Source of the DNA: a virus
Reading direction: 5' to 3' (one strand)
Length of the DNA stretch: 64,000 nt
Virus record (IMG/VR): IMGVR_UViG_3300025687_007517
Location: 8,511-72,510 of that record
In this document: piece by piece, positions 1 to 11,500 of the stretch
Position numbering within the stretch: the stretch's first letter is position 1
Layout: each line of letters opens with the position of its first letter
Notes under the pieces: model-generated
The model's database searches: none
What the model saw: only the letters and a program-made list of their open reading frames with translations
What the model was told of the DNA's origin: nothing
Made by a program: the position numbers and the translations under genes

Positions 1-1171
1 TTTGACCATACATCACCAAATCTTTAATTTGAGAGTCCTGGCTGTTGGGCAAAGCCTTTGGGGGAATAAATTGAGCTTGCTTAAGAGCATACTTTAATGT
101 CTCTCCAACGCACGGTGCCCTTCTAATGTTGTAGAGTCCTCTACCTAAAGAGGTAAATGTTGCGTCTGTGCTTAAAAACAAAAACGGACTCGTATTGACG
201 GGGAACTTTTCTCCATCATCGGACAATGAAAAGAAAGGCTTTGTGGCTCTGTCAAGAACGTTGTAAATAAAAGTCTCGTAAATGTTGAGGTCTTTTAGCA
301 ATTCTTTAAATTCGTTGTTCTGTACTTCTGGGGTTATGTTAAAGTTGCTTACGATTTCTGCATTAAATGGAGTAACCGATTGACGCTCGTTGGTAAAATC
401 AATAAGCTCTTTATCTAGGCTTAAAAATGACACATTGTTGATTTTAAAGTTTCCAACGCCGCCATTCCCAAAGCCTGCGGCAACAGCGTATGCGCTGGCG
501 TATTCACCGTCAGTTTTGTTGTAATTCTTTTGCGACAAGAAGGGCTTGTACATACCTGCTATTTTTTTCTTGTCTAAAAACGATACCTCGATGGGATCGC
601 TAGAAGTAAAAAGCTTTGTGTATTCTTTAAATGTTTTAAAAGAGTATTCGTTATTGGCAACAGTGTCTGTGTCCTTGTATTTTAGCTTAACAGAGTTGTA
701 AGCATAAAAGTCACTTGGTCTAACAACTTGTTGTGTTTGAAATAGGGTGCCGGAATCTAGACTCTCTAGACTATCAACATAGAAATTGTAATTTGCAAAC
801 GCATCACACACTACTGAGCCATTTGTTTGAGTTATGTCAAAAAAGTGAAGGTTCTGTGGTAGGAACTGCGCTGTTTGAGGTGTCACCGAGCTATTGTTTG
901 TTATTTCAATCTCTTCTTGGCAAACACTTCCTAGAAAGAAGTTTCTAGGCTCTTTCTCTAGCTGTTGATATACGGAGCTTTCTGGACTCCAATCAAAAAC
1001 CTTTTTGTACGATAAAACTTGGTTATTGGCAGTTTTTAAAACAATGCCATTGGTTTCACTTTTATCACTGTCAAGCTGGTAAGACAGCTTTACAACATCT
1101 GGATAGTTGGGGTATAAGCCGGGAGTATCCCCTGAGCGCTGATTTCCCGTAAATGTGTAGGTTTTCTTCAT
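1..1171 (-). CDS. Hypothetical (probable virion) protein, runs off the window's left edge
   Basis: ATG at 1171 (MKKTYTFTGNQRSGDTPG...); same frame reads ...QIKDLVMYGQ at the window start; CTATTTA motif 5 nt upstream; absent from the ORF track, consistent with no stop inside the window. Confidence 0.75.
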   Translation of the reverse strand, partial: MKKTYTFTGNQRSGDTPGLYPNYPDVVKLSYQLDSDKSETNGIVLKTANNQVLSYKKVFDWSPESSVYQQLEKEPRNFFLGSVCQEEIEITNNSSVTPQTAQFLPQNLHFFDITQTNGSVVCDAFANYNFYVDSLESLDSGTLFQTQQVVRPSDFYAYNSVKLKYKDTDTVANNEYSFKTFKEYTKLFTSSDPIEVSFLDKKKIAGMYKPFLSQKNYNKTDGEYASAYAVAAGFGNGGVGNFKINNVSFLSLDKELIDFTNERQSVTPFNAEIVSNFNITPEVQNNEFKELLKDLNIYETFIYNVLDRATKPFFSLSDDGEKFPVNTSPFLFLSTDATFTSLGRGLYNIRRAPCVGETLKYALKQAQFIPPKALPNSQDSQIKDLVMYGQ

Positions 1172-1185
1172 CTTATTAAATAGAC

Positions 1186-4100
1186 TTAAAAGTTAAAATC
1201 AGTGATGTTTAGATTGGCAACGGATGATGCTATGTCGCCAGCCGTTTTCGTTGCTCCAAGAGTATCGACCACGTTGCTCTGCTGCGATTGACCCTCTGCA
1301 ACGGGAGTGTCGTCACCAAAAGTGCCGCCAAGAGGTGTCGTTGTTGGTGTGCCAGTTCCACCCTGACCAGAGCCAGGAGCAGGTGTTGGAGCAGTGGGTC
1401 CAGTTGAGCCACCGCCAATCCCTGGCAGCGAGCCAAATGTTCCAGCAGTTTGCTGACCCCCTGTATCATCACCGCCCGGTGCAGCTATGCCGCCTGCAAA
1501 GCCACCTAGACCGCCGCCGCCAATTTGTTGAGCAAAGGCAACATTGACGCCCTCTGGGGCAAAAGCTGCTCCCGGTTGAGGAGTTCCTACGCCTTGTGGC
1601 GAGCTTAAATCAGTTTGTGATGGACCTGTGGGTGTTGGGAAAACATTTACTCCAGGCTGAATAATTGGATCGGTAAATGCCGCTATTTCAGTTTGGATAC
1701 CTTGGCTGAAAATGGGTTGTGTTGGGTTTGATGCAACAATAACGTCGTTAATGTCATTCACTATTGTTTTGGGCATTGCGTACTTTGCGATAACATCGTC
1801 TGCTGTTAAATCTTTTGCTGACTTAACTGGTAACTCAAACGATAGAGTGTTTTGAACATCGGCAACGGAGTACAAGAAGTATTGGTTGTTAATCATCGAG
1901 AAGGGGAAGAAGTTTGTTTCTTCCTGTGTGTATTCTTTTGAAAGACCAAGGCGACAAAGGAAGTAGCCCTGTTTTGGTTGTGCTTGGCTTAAAAATCCAA
2001 ATGTCAATGGCTTCCAAGAATCATTGTCGTAGTATTCTATGCTCGCAATGTTTGTAAAAACAAGCAGAGCGGTTGTGATTTCCAACTGGTCTAGTGGTCT
2101 GTCGCCTGCAATTGCTGCCTTTAAAGAGAACATGAAGTCTGACGAATCTTGTTGAGTTGTTCCAGAAGTTCCAAGGAAGTTGTGTGGCTGTGGAAGATTT
2201 GGAAAGTATTTTTTTAAATCCAAGCCCTTGGTTGAAATAGACACCAATTCTTTTAGTGCTTTTATAAAGTTGCTAACCTTCTCTTGACCCACAGTCTCAA
2301 TCAGCTTATAAACACTTGTTACATCTTCTAAATCTTGGTATTGGGTAATTGTTTCTTTTGGAAACCTCTCTTTGTTAAGACTAAAGATGCCGTCTGCAAA
2401 ATACTGATTAAACGATTTATTAGAAAAATCATCACTGGTGGTGAATATTGGCTCGTTAGTTGAATTAACTACGCTTACACCAGAAGCGAGGAGTCCTTGT
2501 AATAGCTTTGAATTGCCCTCGGACTCTTGATAACCCGTTGATTTACCCGTAGAAACACTTAAGCTTAAGCTTGTCATTGAGTTTTTTGTAGAAGTTACAA
2601 AAAAGTTAGCGGGTGACGTAAATGGAACAGTTACTTTATCGTTTGACATCAACAGTGGGCTAAATTTTAAAATGTAATTGCTTATGCTCTGTGGTGTGAA
2701 GCCTGTAAAAAACGCATCTTCTTGAGGGGTTGTACCAAAGTATTTTGCGTATTCAAAAATGAATAGCTCGTTAAGCTGGTCTTGGTCTAGAACTAGAATT
2801 GGGTCATAGCTTTTAGACTTGCTTCTGTTAAAGTAATCAATAACCAGTTTGTCTGACTTGTAGTCTTCTGCTGAAGGTGGCTTGACCGATACTGTTTTAG
2901 CCAACTTGTAGGACTTGGTTGCCACAGTACCCTTTTTTGAGTCGTTTTGTTTGGGTTCTAGAGACAAGTCTGGGGCAAGTGAAAAGCTTTTAATCTGCTC
3001 TAGGCTACTAGCTAGTGCGTCTTTCAACACAAAAAATGTTGATGGCAAAATTGTTATTGGATTTATCTTTGATAAAATGTCGGCAAAGACCTTTTTCTGT
3101 TTGGGGTTTGCTCCCGATACTTGCAAAATGTTAACATACAGGCTTAAAAACGCTTCCTTGGTTTCAGTTATCATATCTTTGTATTCGTTAAAAAACGCTG
3201 TTGTCATTTTGTTCAAGTCGTCATCATAATACCTTGATAGGGTTATTACATTTTCCAAAGCGGAAAACTTTTGTAGTTTGGCTGTTGCCTCGTGAAAAAA
3301 GTTAATTAAATTACTAAACACTTTTGATTCGTAGGTTAGTTTAATCCCATACTCATAAGTGTAGGCTTTGTTGAACTTTTTGTCTTTAACCACGAAAAGG
3401 GATTTTAAAGTGTTTTCAGTTGAAACGTTGAAAACGCTGATAGTTAAATCTTCTTCGTCCGGTGAGCCAAAAAGGTCGTTAGGTAAATTTTCTCCTAAAA
3501 TTTTAGACGTAAAAATCTCTTCTTCTGGAAAATCTTCTGTCTTGTTGTCGTCGATGTTGTTTGAGATTCTTTTTCTTGTAAGGGTAAATGATTTGATTTG
3601 CCCCTGATAAACGTTGTTTGTGTTCTGGAAGTTAAAAGCACTGCTGTTAAGAAACTTTGTTAAATTGAACTCAAAAGCAAGATTTACAGAATTTGCTTCT
3701 AGGCAATCCCAATAGAATAGCTCACCAAGCGGCGACTCTAGCTTTTCTAGTTTTAAATCATCAAAGTATCTAGTTGGCGAGGCACTAGCAAATTTTTGTG
3801 CTTCTCCAAATGTTTTAGCATTGATGGCATTTCCCTGTTGGTCAATTGTGTAAAAATCACCTTGATTAAAGTCTAGTTGAAATGCGTCACTCTTTGTTGT
3901 TCCAACAAAGTTGCTAACCACATTTGGGTCAGTAACAGTCACCAAAGAAAGGTTTGGAGACTCTGTGTCTAGTGGCTGTTTTACAATTTGTATGGTTGGG
4001 TCGGTATTAACTTTAAAAGGACCAGCCCAAATTTCTTGATTTTCGGTTTGTAGAGCTTGAAAGGTGAAATTAACAATACCACCCTTTGCTATTGTAAAAG

Positions 4101-4602
4101 GCAGGGAGTAAGAGATTTGCCCTTTGAAACTTCCAAACGGGGCGTTTGAAAAATCTGCAATAACCTCAATCAATCCATATAGGTCCGTTAATCTGTCAGT
4201 AAGATTTGGCAAAGAAACACCATAATCGTATCTATTAAATTCTATACCCTCTGTTTGAAAAGGCTTGACAAAATCAGTTGAGAAGGGCAGGCTTGTTGCA
4301 TTAGTACCAAAAACTGTCTTCAATGGCTTTGTGGATTCAATAAATACCCCTTGCTTTTTTATACCTGGGGTGACACTAAGGATCTTCTCAACAACAGAAA
4401 AGTTTGCAAAGGAATGCACGGTTGTTGTTAGAACTGACTTGTAGGAATCAAAGATGCCTTTCCCGCCTTGCAGCGGCTCAAAGAAAGACCAGTTTATTTC
4501 TGCTGAAATCTTATCTTTGTCGTCTAACAAAATTGATGTAATAACAGGAAAAGGAATCTTCTGTTTGGTCAATGAGTTTATGTCAAAATCTTCAAAATTC
4601 AT
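1186..4602 (-). CDS. Large hypothetical virion structural protein with G/P/T/Q-rich C-terminal tail
   Basis: 1138-aa ORF inside the baseplate/tail operon, start overlaps upstream stop; no catalytic motif recognised. Confidence 0.6.
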   Translation of the reverse strand: MNFEDFDINSLTKQKIPFPVITSILLDDKDKISAEINWSFFEPLQGGKGIFDSYKSVLTTTVHSFANFSVVEKILSVTPGIKKQGVFIESTKPLKTVFGTNATSLPFSTDFVKPFQTEGIEFNRYDYGVSLPNLTDRLTDLYGLIEVIADFSNAPFGSFKGQISYSLPFTIAKGGIVNFTFQALQTENQEIWAGPFKVNTDPTIQIVKQPLDTESPNLSLVTVTDPNVVSNFVGTTKSDAFQLDFNQGDFYTIDQQGNAINAKTFGEAQKFASASPTRYFDDLKLEKLESPLGELFYWDCLEANSVNLAFEFNLTKFLNSSAFNFQNTNNVYQGQIKSFTLTRKRISNNIDDNKTEDFPEEEIFTSKILGENLPNDLFGSPDEEDLTISVFNVSTENTLKSLFVVKDKKFNKAYTYEYGIKLTYESKVFSNLINFFHEATAKLQKFSALENVITLSRYYDDDLNKMTTAFFNEYKDMITETKEAFLSLYVNILQVSGANPKQKKVFADILSKINPITILPSTFFVLKDALASSLEQIKSFSLAPDLSLEPKQNDSKKGTVATKSYKLAKTVSVKPPSAEDYKSDKLVIDYFNRSKSKSYDPILVLDQDQLNELFIFEYAKYFGTTPQEDAFFTGFTPQSISNYILKFSPLLMSNDKVTVPFTSPANFFVTSTKNSMTSLSLSVSTGKSTGYQESEGNSKLLQGLLASGVSVVNSTNEPIFTTSDDFSNKSFNQYFADGIFSLNKERFPKETITQYQDLEDVTSVYKLIETVGQEKVSNFIKALKELVSISTKGLDLKKYFPNLPQPHNFLGTSGTTQQDSSDFMFSLKAAIAGDRPLDQLEITTALLVFTNIASIEYYDNDSWKPLTFGFLSQAQPKQGYFLCRLGLSKEYTQEETNFFPFSMINNQYFLYSVADVQNTLSFELPVKSAKDLTADDVIAKYAMPKTIVNDINDVIVASNPTQPIFSQGIQTEIAAFTDPIIQPGVNVFPTPTGPSQTDLSSPQGVGTPQPGAAFAPEGVNVAFAQQIGGGGLGGFAGGIAAPGGDDTGGQQTAGTFGSLPGIGGGSTGPTAPTPAPGSGQGGTGTPTTTPLGGTFGDDTPVAEGQSQQSNVVDTLGATKTAGDIASSVANLNITDFNF

Positions 4603-5522
4603 TAGCAGAAGTCCTCTTCAATCTCGGGCAAATTATCGTACAAGCCATCGGCAAAGCTAAATCCACCTGTGTCTGTAAATACCAGGGAGTCTTCATTATC
4701 AAACTCAATCACACTCATTAGTGATGGGATTATTGCACTACCTTCTTCAATCGCGCCTGCTGTGTATTGTAGCTGTGTGACAAAGCCTTTTAAGTCTATT
4801 GCGTAACCATTTACTGTTACAGTTTTATTTTTCTTGACTGCGTAAAACTCTATCTCAAAACTGTCTTTTTGTTGAACCGCGTTCTCTTCTACAACCAGAC
4901 CGATTGTTTTTCCTCTTTTTAGTTTTAATCCTGTGCCGTCTTCAAATGTGGCAAGGAGTTTTGTGTTCTCATCGATGCCCAACTCAGGAGCGGAAATTTG
5001 CTCTAAATCGTCAGAGCCCACAGCAGTAGCGAGCGCTGCCAATTCTTCTGACAGTTTCTCTGCGATTAAAAATGTGTTCATCTCAAAGTTTAATTGGGGA
5101 ACAAAGTGGTTAATGCCAGAAATATTTTTTATTGACTCAGAAGAAGATAGCTCGTTTTGCAAACAAAAGAAGGTGTATTTTGGAGCAGTTTGGTCTCCAA
5201 GAGAGGAGTCTGATAGTCCCAGACTAGATTCAAACAAATCCTCTTCTATCTCTGCCTTTTTGCCAAGTGGGTTTATCTTTGGATTGCTAACACTTATTTT
5301 TGAAATATTGGTTAGAAATGAGGACTTTGGTGTCTCGCTGACAATTCTATCTTCAGAGTCGTTCTGGGCTTCTGAGTAATTTGCTTTATTAGTATCGTAT
5401 AAGATATCGTCATCTACAAAAGCATATGAATCGGGTAAAAACAAACCTTTAGCAATTTGTTGCTGTCCATATTTTGTGAGGACGAGTTCAATAACTTGTT
5501 CTTTTTGGTCTAGAAAGCTCAT
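4602..5522 (-). CDS. Putative baseplate/tail-associated structural protein
   Basis: 306 aa; N-terminal LTKYGQQQIAKG..YAFVDDDILY resembles tail-fibre/collar attachment N-termini (LT..G...lA.G); structural context. Confidence 0.5.
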   Translation of the reverse strand: MSFLDQKEQVIELVLTKYGQQQIAKGLFLPDSYAFVDDDILYDTNKANYSEAQNDSEDRIVSETPKSSFLTNISKISVSNPKINPLGKKAEIEEDLFESSLGLSDSSLGDQTAPKYTFFCLQNELSSSESIKNISGINHFVPQLNFEMNTFLIAEKLSEELAALATAVGSDDLEQISAPELGIDENTKLLATFEDGTGLKLKRGKTIGLVVEENAVQQKDSFEIEFYAVKKNKTVTVNGYAIDLKGFVTQLQYTAGAIEEGSAIIPSLMSVIEFDNEDSLVFTDTGGFSFADGLYDNLPEIEEDFC

Positions 5523-5537
5523 GTATCTTAAATAGAA

Positions 5538-8500
5538 TTATGTCTCTGTTTTATCAACGAAATCAACTTCGGCAGTAACTTTAGCTGTTTCAATAACGGA
5601 ACAGAAATCATAAGGATAGTTGTAGGTAAAGTCCTCTGTCGTGTATTTTGTGCCCTTAAAGCTTGGAGCGGCGTCAAAAGCGAAGTCTGTTTTTAATGGG
5701 TTATCAACCGTCATAGCAAAATAGTTGCCCTTTGCGCGCTTCTTGACTTTGAAGATGTGCCATTTTATTGGGTAGCGATTCCAGTTTGTAAACATTTCGG
5801 TATTTTCAATATCAAACTCTACATACTCGGACTGCACGTCAAATTGTTGTAAGAGGCTTGGTCCTAAATTTTGCCAGTATTTCTCAATATCTTTTTCTGT
5901 AAGCGTCACGGAGAACTCTTTTATTAACATACCAAGAGGTAAGATTCCCAGGTTCTTTTTAAAATCAAAACGAGGTGGGAAGACATACTTGTCTAGCAAT
6001 TTATCAAGCTCTGACCATTCGTTTGGTTCGTTTTTAATTTTTGATTGCTCAACAAGGAAATTAAATTTATCTCTGGGAATATTAAAGAATTGTCTGTCGC
6101 CATTTGGCAGTATCTTATATGGAATACAAACAAGCGCCTCTTCAATATCTGTTTTCTTTGAGGGTTTGCCTAGTTCAATAGTATCTGGGAAGCCAAGAAA
6201 ATCTTTTAAACTCTCTTGACCGGCACGGTCTTTGAAAGAGATTTGGAACTGCACATTACTGCCTGGAATTTCTAAATAATCTTTCCACAAAAAGCCGTCA
6301 CCAACCAAAAATGGTGTTTCCCATTTTGGCTGAACTGCCCAGACATTTTTGTTTGTTCCTAGAGGGTCAATTACTTTGATTGGCAGACCTGTTTTTGGAT
6401 CGACTTCTGATTGCTTAACCTCGGCTTGACCAAGAAAGTTAATTGACTCACTGAGATTAGAAACGTTGTTTGTAATAAAAGACGTAAATTCAATATTTTC
6501 ATAAACAGAGTTCCCAAAGGTTGCTGTTACTTGGTTTTGTATTTCTGAAATGGTGTATTTTATTGTTTCTTGTGGAGACCACTCCAAGAAAATTGATGAC
6601 GAACCAAACGCCCAGCCAGGAGCCCAAAGCCTGTCCGTTGGGTCGTCTAAATCGCTGCCTGGGCGACCAGAGCCGGAAACAACCGGACCCCAACCGTCTA
6701 GTGTCGTATCAAATCTCCAAGGAACGTAATTAGAATTAATAGAACTGGTAGAGATACTAAGTGCAATTTCAACACCATAAGTCCTGGTTTTATATGCAAC
6801 GGGCAAGTCCTTTTCTTCTTTTGAGTAAGCGGTTGTTAATGTGTTATCCTCTAGACAAAATTCAATTGTACTTGCCAAAAAGTTTGACATTGCCAATTGT
6901 GGCTGTGGTGGTAAAGTGTTTGAGAAAGAAGCTGTAGAATCCATAGACATGCTGGCGTGTGTGTACATATCCACAATACGACCGGCTTCTTTTATTTTAT
7001 CGTAAGTTAAAAGCTCTTCAAACGGAATTCTAACAAAAGAACCTGTTGCATCACCAATTAAAATTTGTGATTTGTAATCAGTGTTAGCTATTCCGGTTTC
7101 TATAGAGCCTGTAAAAATGCCATAAGGCATTGCAATAGCTGCCTTGATTGAGTTAAATAAAATCCCAGGCATAAACAGGGGCTGCATCATTGTTCTAAAT
7201 GTTGGTTCGTTGCCAGTTAGTGCAACAGAATCTGAATATGAGCTTGAAAAAATCTGTGCCAATTGCACTGTTCTTTCAGCGGGGTAAAACCCTTTGTAGG
7301 GCAATAGCTTTGTTATTGCATCAATTTTTAATCTAAATTTAGATGGTACTTTATTTGGAGCCATCTTGTCAGAAAAATCTTTATAATTTAAAGCTAGATC
7401 TCCATCAAAAAATCTAAAGATATTCTCTGTTGCAGCGGAAGAACCTGTAATCTCCAGAGAGTTAACCGCTTCGCTTTCTAGGCTGTTGCCACCAGAGTAA
7501 ATTGCATCAATATGCTCAGAAATTCTATATTCTGGTACAAGACTGTGGTCTTTGCCGACCACTTTTACAAACTCTGAGAATAGTAGGTGGTTATCATAAT
7601 AAGCAGGGTTTCTTGTCTCTGTGGCAGCAGACCAATCTTCGTAAAAGCTTATGTTAAACGTGTCGCTGAGAACTTCTTGATATGGCATCTCTAGTAGCGG
7701 TCCATAAACGTGAGATGGAAAATCGCCAATGCCGGGGTCATCAAAACTCGCAGTTACATCGCCAGATGGAACATTTACGATAAACCTATTCAAAACATTT
7801 TTCGGGTCTCTTAAAATACCGTATGATACATTGTCTGCTGCCACTTGGTCATAGCTTGCAGTTGGGCTTGATGATGTTGGCAATGGGTCACTTCTGAGAT
7901 TTACATATTTTTTACCCGATAGTGACTGGGTTAAATTTGATAAATTAAGTCTGGCTGCACGGTTGGTGGACGTGTCGTTAAATTTTGTTGTATCAAGCGG
8001 TGAAACAGATGGACCAACTTGATCACCCAGGGCAATAGACGCAGTTGCATCTGGACCTGCATACAATAAATTAAATCCCATTTCATTCGCGGTGGTTCTG
8101 ACTGTATTATCCTTAAACGTTTCTGTTGTTGGGGTATCATCGTATAGCCTAATCAAAGAACGGTCTTCTCTTGAACTTCTCCAAGTTTGTATAAACTCAC
8201 CTCTCAAAAGAGAATTTTTTAAGTAACTGTATCTCTGTAGTGGGAATATTTGGTGTGAATATTTTGAAAACAGAATATCACCCTCAGTTAGAACGTTTTG
8301 GTAAGGCAAATTGTAAAAATCATAAAACTTGTCAAAAGAAGATTTGTTCGTTTGCTGTGCTTGTGATAAAACAACATCACTAATCTTTTTATCAAAAAGA
8401 TACTGCTTTTCTGAATTGTGGCTAATAGCGAACAAGGTAGAATTCTTTACACTATCGTCTGTAAGGTCGGCAGCTATCAAAACTGGGTTATAATTTGCCA

Positions 8501-11500
8501 AAGCTGGTTCAACTGCAACTAATCGAGTGCCGTCTTTGGCTGTTAGGACTCCACTCTCTTTTACAGATTCAATTCTATCTAGCTTTTGTGAGTAGATGTT
8601 ATTTTTCTTTAGGTGTCTGGTAATTGGGTTTCTTTCACTTCTAATCTGTCTCCAAGTGTTCCAACCCGATGGACCATTTCCTACAACATTTAAGAAGTAA
8701 ATGTCGATGTTGTCAGCCAATGATGCAACCGAGGTGTAATTAGCTGGTGCAGTAACCAAGAAGTCGCCGTCTAAATCATAGTGATAACCACCGTAAATTG
8801 AAAACTCCCCTGGTGTGACATAACCTGCAAAGTTGATTTCATAGTCTGTTGAGGCTTCAAAATCTCTCAATGTAGAAGTAAAGAAGCTAATATCACTAGA
8901 GCTTGACGCAAACCCTACCAACGCTACGAGGTTACTAGAAGTTGGAGCAGCGTAGCTAATCCAAGAATAACCAAAATCTCTAGCTGGTATATTATTTGTA
9001 ATAAATCCGTTATCAAACACTGATGCTGTAAAAGTGTTTTCCCCAGAAGAGTATTCTATTTGTTTTCTGCCATTTCTTTGAACCTTGTGAATTGATGCCG
9101 ACAAGTCGTTTGAGCCTGACTCAAATCCCCCAAAGGATGATGGAATCGTTAATAGACTTTGAAACGCTTGTCTTACAATTAGATTTCTATTGTTTAATTC
9201 GTTATAAACAGAAAACTCTCTGTTGATTGGGTCTAGACCGCCACCGTTTGTCTCTGGACCGCCTGGGGCATTAAACCTAGTGACAATTACAGAATCGCTG
9301 TTAGCACCAGTAAATATACTGTAATCAATAACACCACTAACATAAGGACTATCAAGCGTATCAGATAAACCTAGTGCATCAGCTTTTTTAAAGTTGTTAA
9401 AGCTTTTACCCGCAGTTTGTACCACTTCGTAGTTAAAGGCAAAGTTGCCAAGGGCAGAGCCCGTTGTCTTAATGTTCTTGATGTTAACGGGGGCTCTAAC
9501 GGGCGGGTCTTGATAAAACTGGTCTACAGGCGCATCGTAACCCTCTTGTCTTCTCACGTTTTCCAAGGACATGGAGTTCGCATTGGTTAGATTAAATCTA
9601 AATCTTTCTGGTCTGTCGCCTGTATCTGTCAAGCGCACCTTTCTCGATTTAAAGCCGCCAACGCGCTGAGAAGTGAAAGTGCCCTGAAGTGGCTGCTCTG
9701 AATCGGGACCAAAAACATCGTGATGAATGTTCGTTATGATATGGCTTGGATTGTTGTCGTTGTATGTATTTGAAACATAACTATCCGTCGATACGGATTG
9801 GGAGACTAAGTTTCCTGGGACTACTAAATCAAATTTATAGTCTTCTCCGTCAGCTTGGGCTTGGGCTGCGAGTTTTCTTTTGTCCACCAAATCGAGGTCA
9901 TCATCACAATCTTTAGGAGTTTTTACCCCAGAGCTTGGTATTTGAATGTCGCTAAAGTTGGTGCCGCCGGTTGTTTTGAATAATACACCCTTGTAGAAAT
10001 CCAGCTTTTTATTATCAGTAAAGTTAATACCACCGTGAAGGCTTTTTGATTTACTAATTTTTTCAGTAATTGGTGACGTTTGTTTTCTTGCCTGGGTTTG
10101 GTTTACAACTTGGCGAATTGTTTCTCTTGCTTCAAGGGTTCCAGTTGGAAGAGTTGAATCAAAAGTATCGTTGTTTCTCTCTGCGCGGTATTTCCACCAC
10201 AAACAATTGTCTCTTTCTTCGCCACTCAAAGGTTTGTGGAAAAATTTCCACTCAAATGGGAGATTTGAGCCGGTGGCAGTGCCTTCCAAATCCGGTGTCT
10301 TAAACTCAATTGTTGGGAGTTTGTGTTGATATTTGTTTCGCTCTAGAACGTGGCTCTCGATAACATTGTAAATTTGGTCTGAGCCGTTCAAAGAAGCTGG
10401 TAACAGGTTAATTAAAATTTCATTTATCGAGTTGTCAAGCCACTTGTAATATTCAAAGAAAGAAGCGATGGTTCTTTTTGTCTGAACTGTTGAAAAGTAT
10501 CTTGTGCCTAGCTTTTTTAACTCCTTGTATTCCATCCTGTATTTGTTTACTGGGTCTCCAATTAGTTCATTGAAGCCATCGATAGATGAGAAGAAAGAAA
10601 GTATGTCTTGGTCTATGGCGTATTGTAGGCTTTTTTCTATAGTAAAGTATGCGAGCTTCGCCTTTAGAATACTCTTGGTTGCCTTATCGTCTTCAGTTAA
10701 AATGTTGACACCAGTTAAATCACCAAAATTTTCTGGGTTTGTGTTTTTGCCCACTGTAAAGTATCTTGTTTCAAAAACATTTGTAGAAGATGGGTCAAAC
10801 TCTTTACCACCAAACTGATACAAGCCTCCTAGCACGGTGTCCAAGTAACTATTTCCAACGGTTTTATATGAACCGGAAGACAAATCTGGTAAAGAAAATT
10901 CCCCACTAGCGTCTGAAGTTGATAATAAATCCGTGCCAACGTTTAAAACAAGAGAGTTGATTTTTGGAACGTATGAGCCGCTAAATTGACTAGCGAGTGG
11001 TAAAAAGTTCTTGTATGGTTCGGTTCTACCAAAGTTTCTTGGGTCTTTTGCATGGCTGATTAGCTCGTTGTTATCCAAATCATCCAGCCAAACTCTAAAG
11101 AACCCAACATTAACATCTGAGTTGAGTACCACTGAACCAGTTAAATTGTCTCTCAAGGCTCCGTAAAATGGCTTTCTATTTTGTGAAAGCATCTTTATGC
11201 CGCGATCAGAGTGTATAGAAGCAGTCAAATTAAACGAATTTAAAACAATTTGGTCTTCTGTATTGTATCCTCTAAAGTTAACAACATAAGAGTTTGCCCC
11301 AGTTTGTAAAGAATTATTTAGGTCAGCTAATCCATAACCAACGGGCTTAATAGTAACCGCTAGGTTCCAAGACTCGTTGTCATAGGAGTCGTCAAAAAAT
11401 TCTGTTTCTAATTCAGGTAATGTGTAGTCGCCTGTCATTGAAGCGTTTGAGGAAGTTAAAACAAATTTTACCTTTTTGTCTATTAAATTGTTTCTTACTG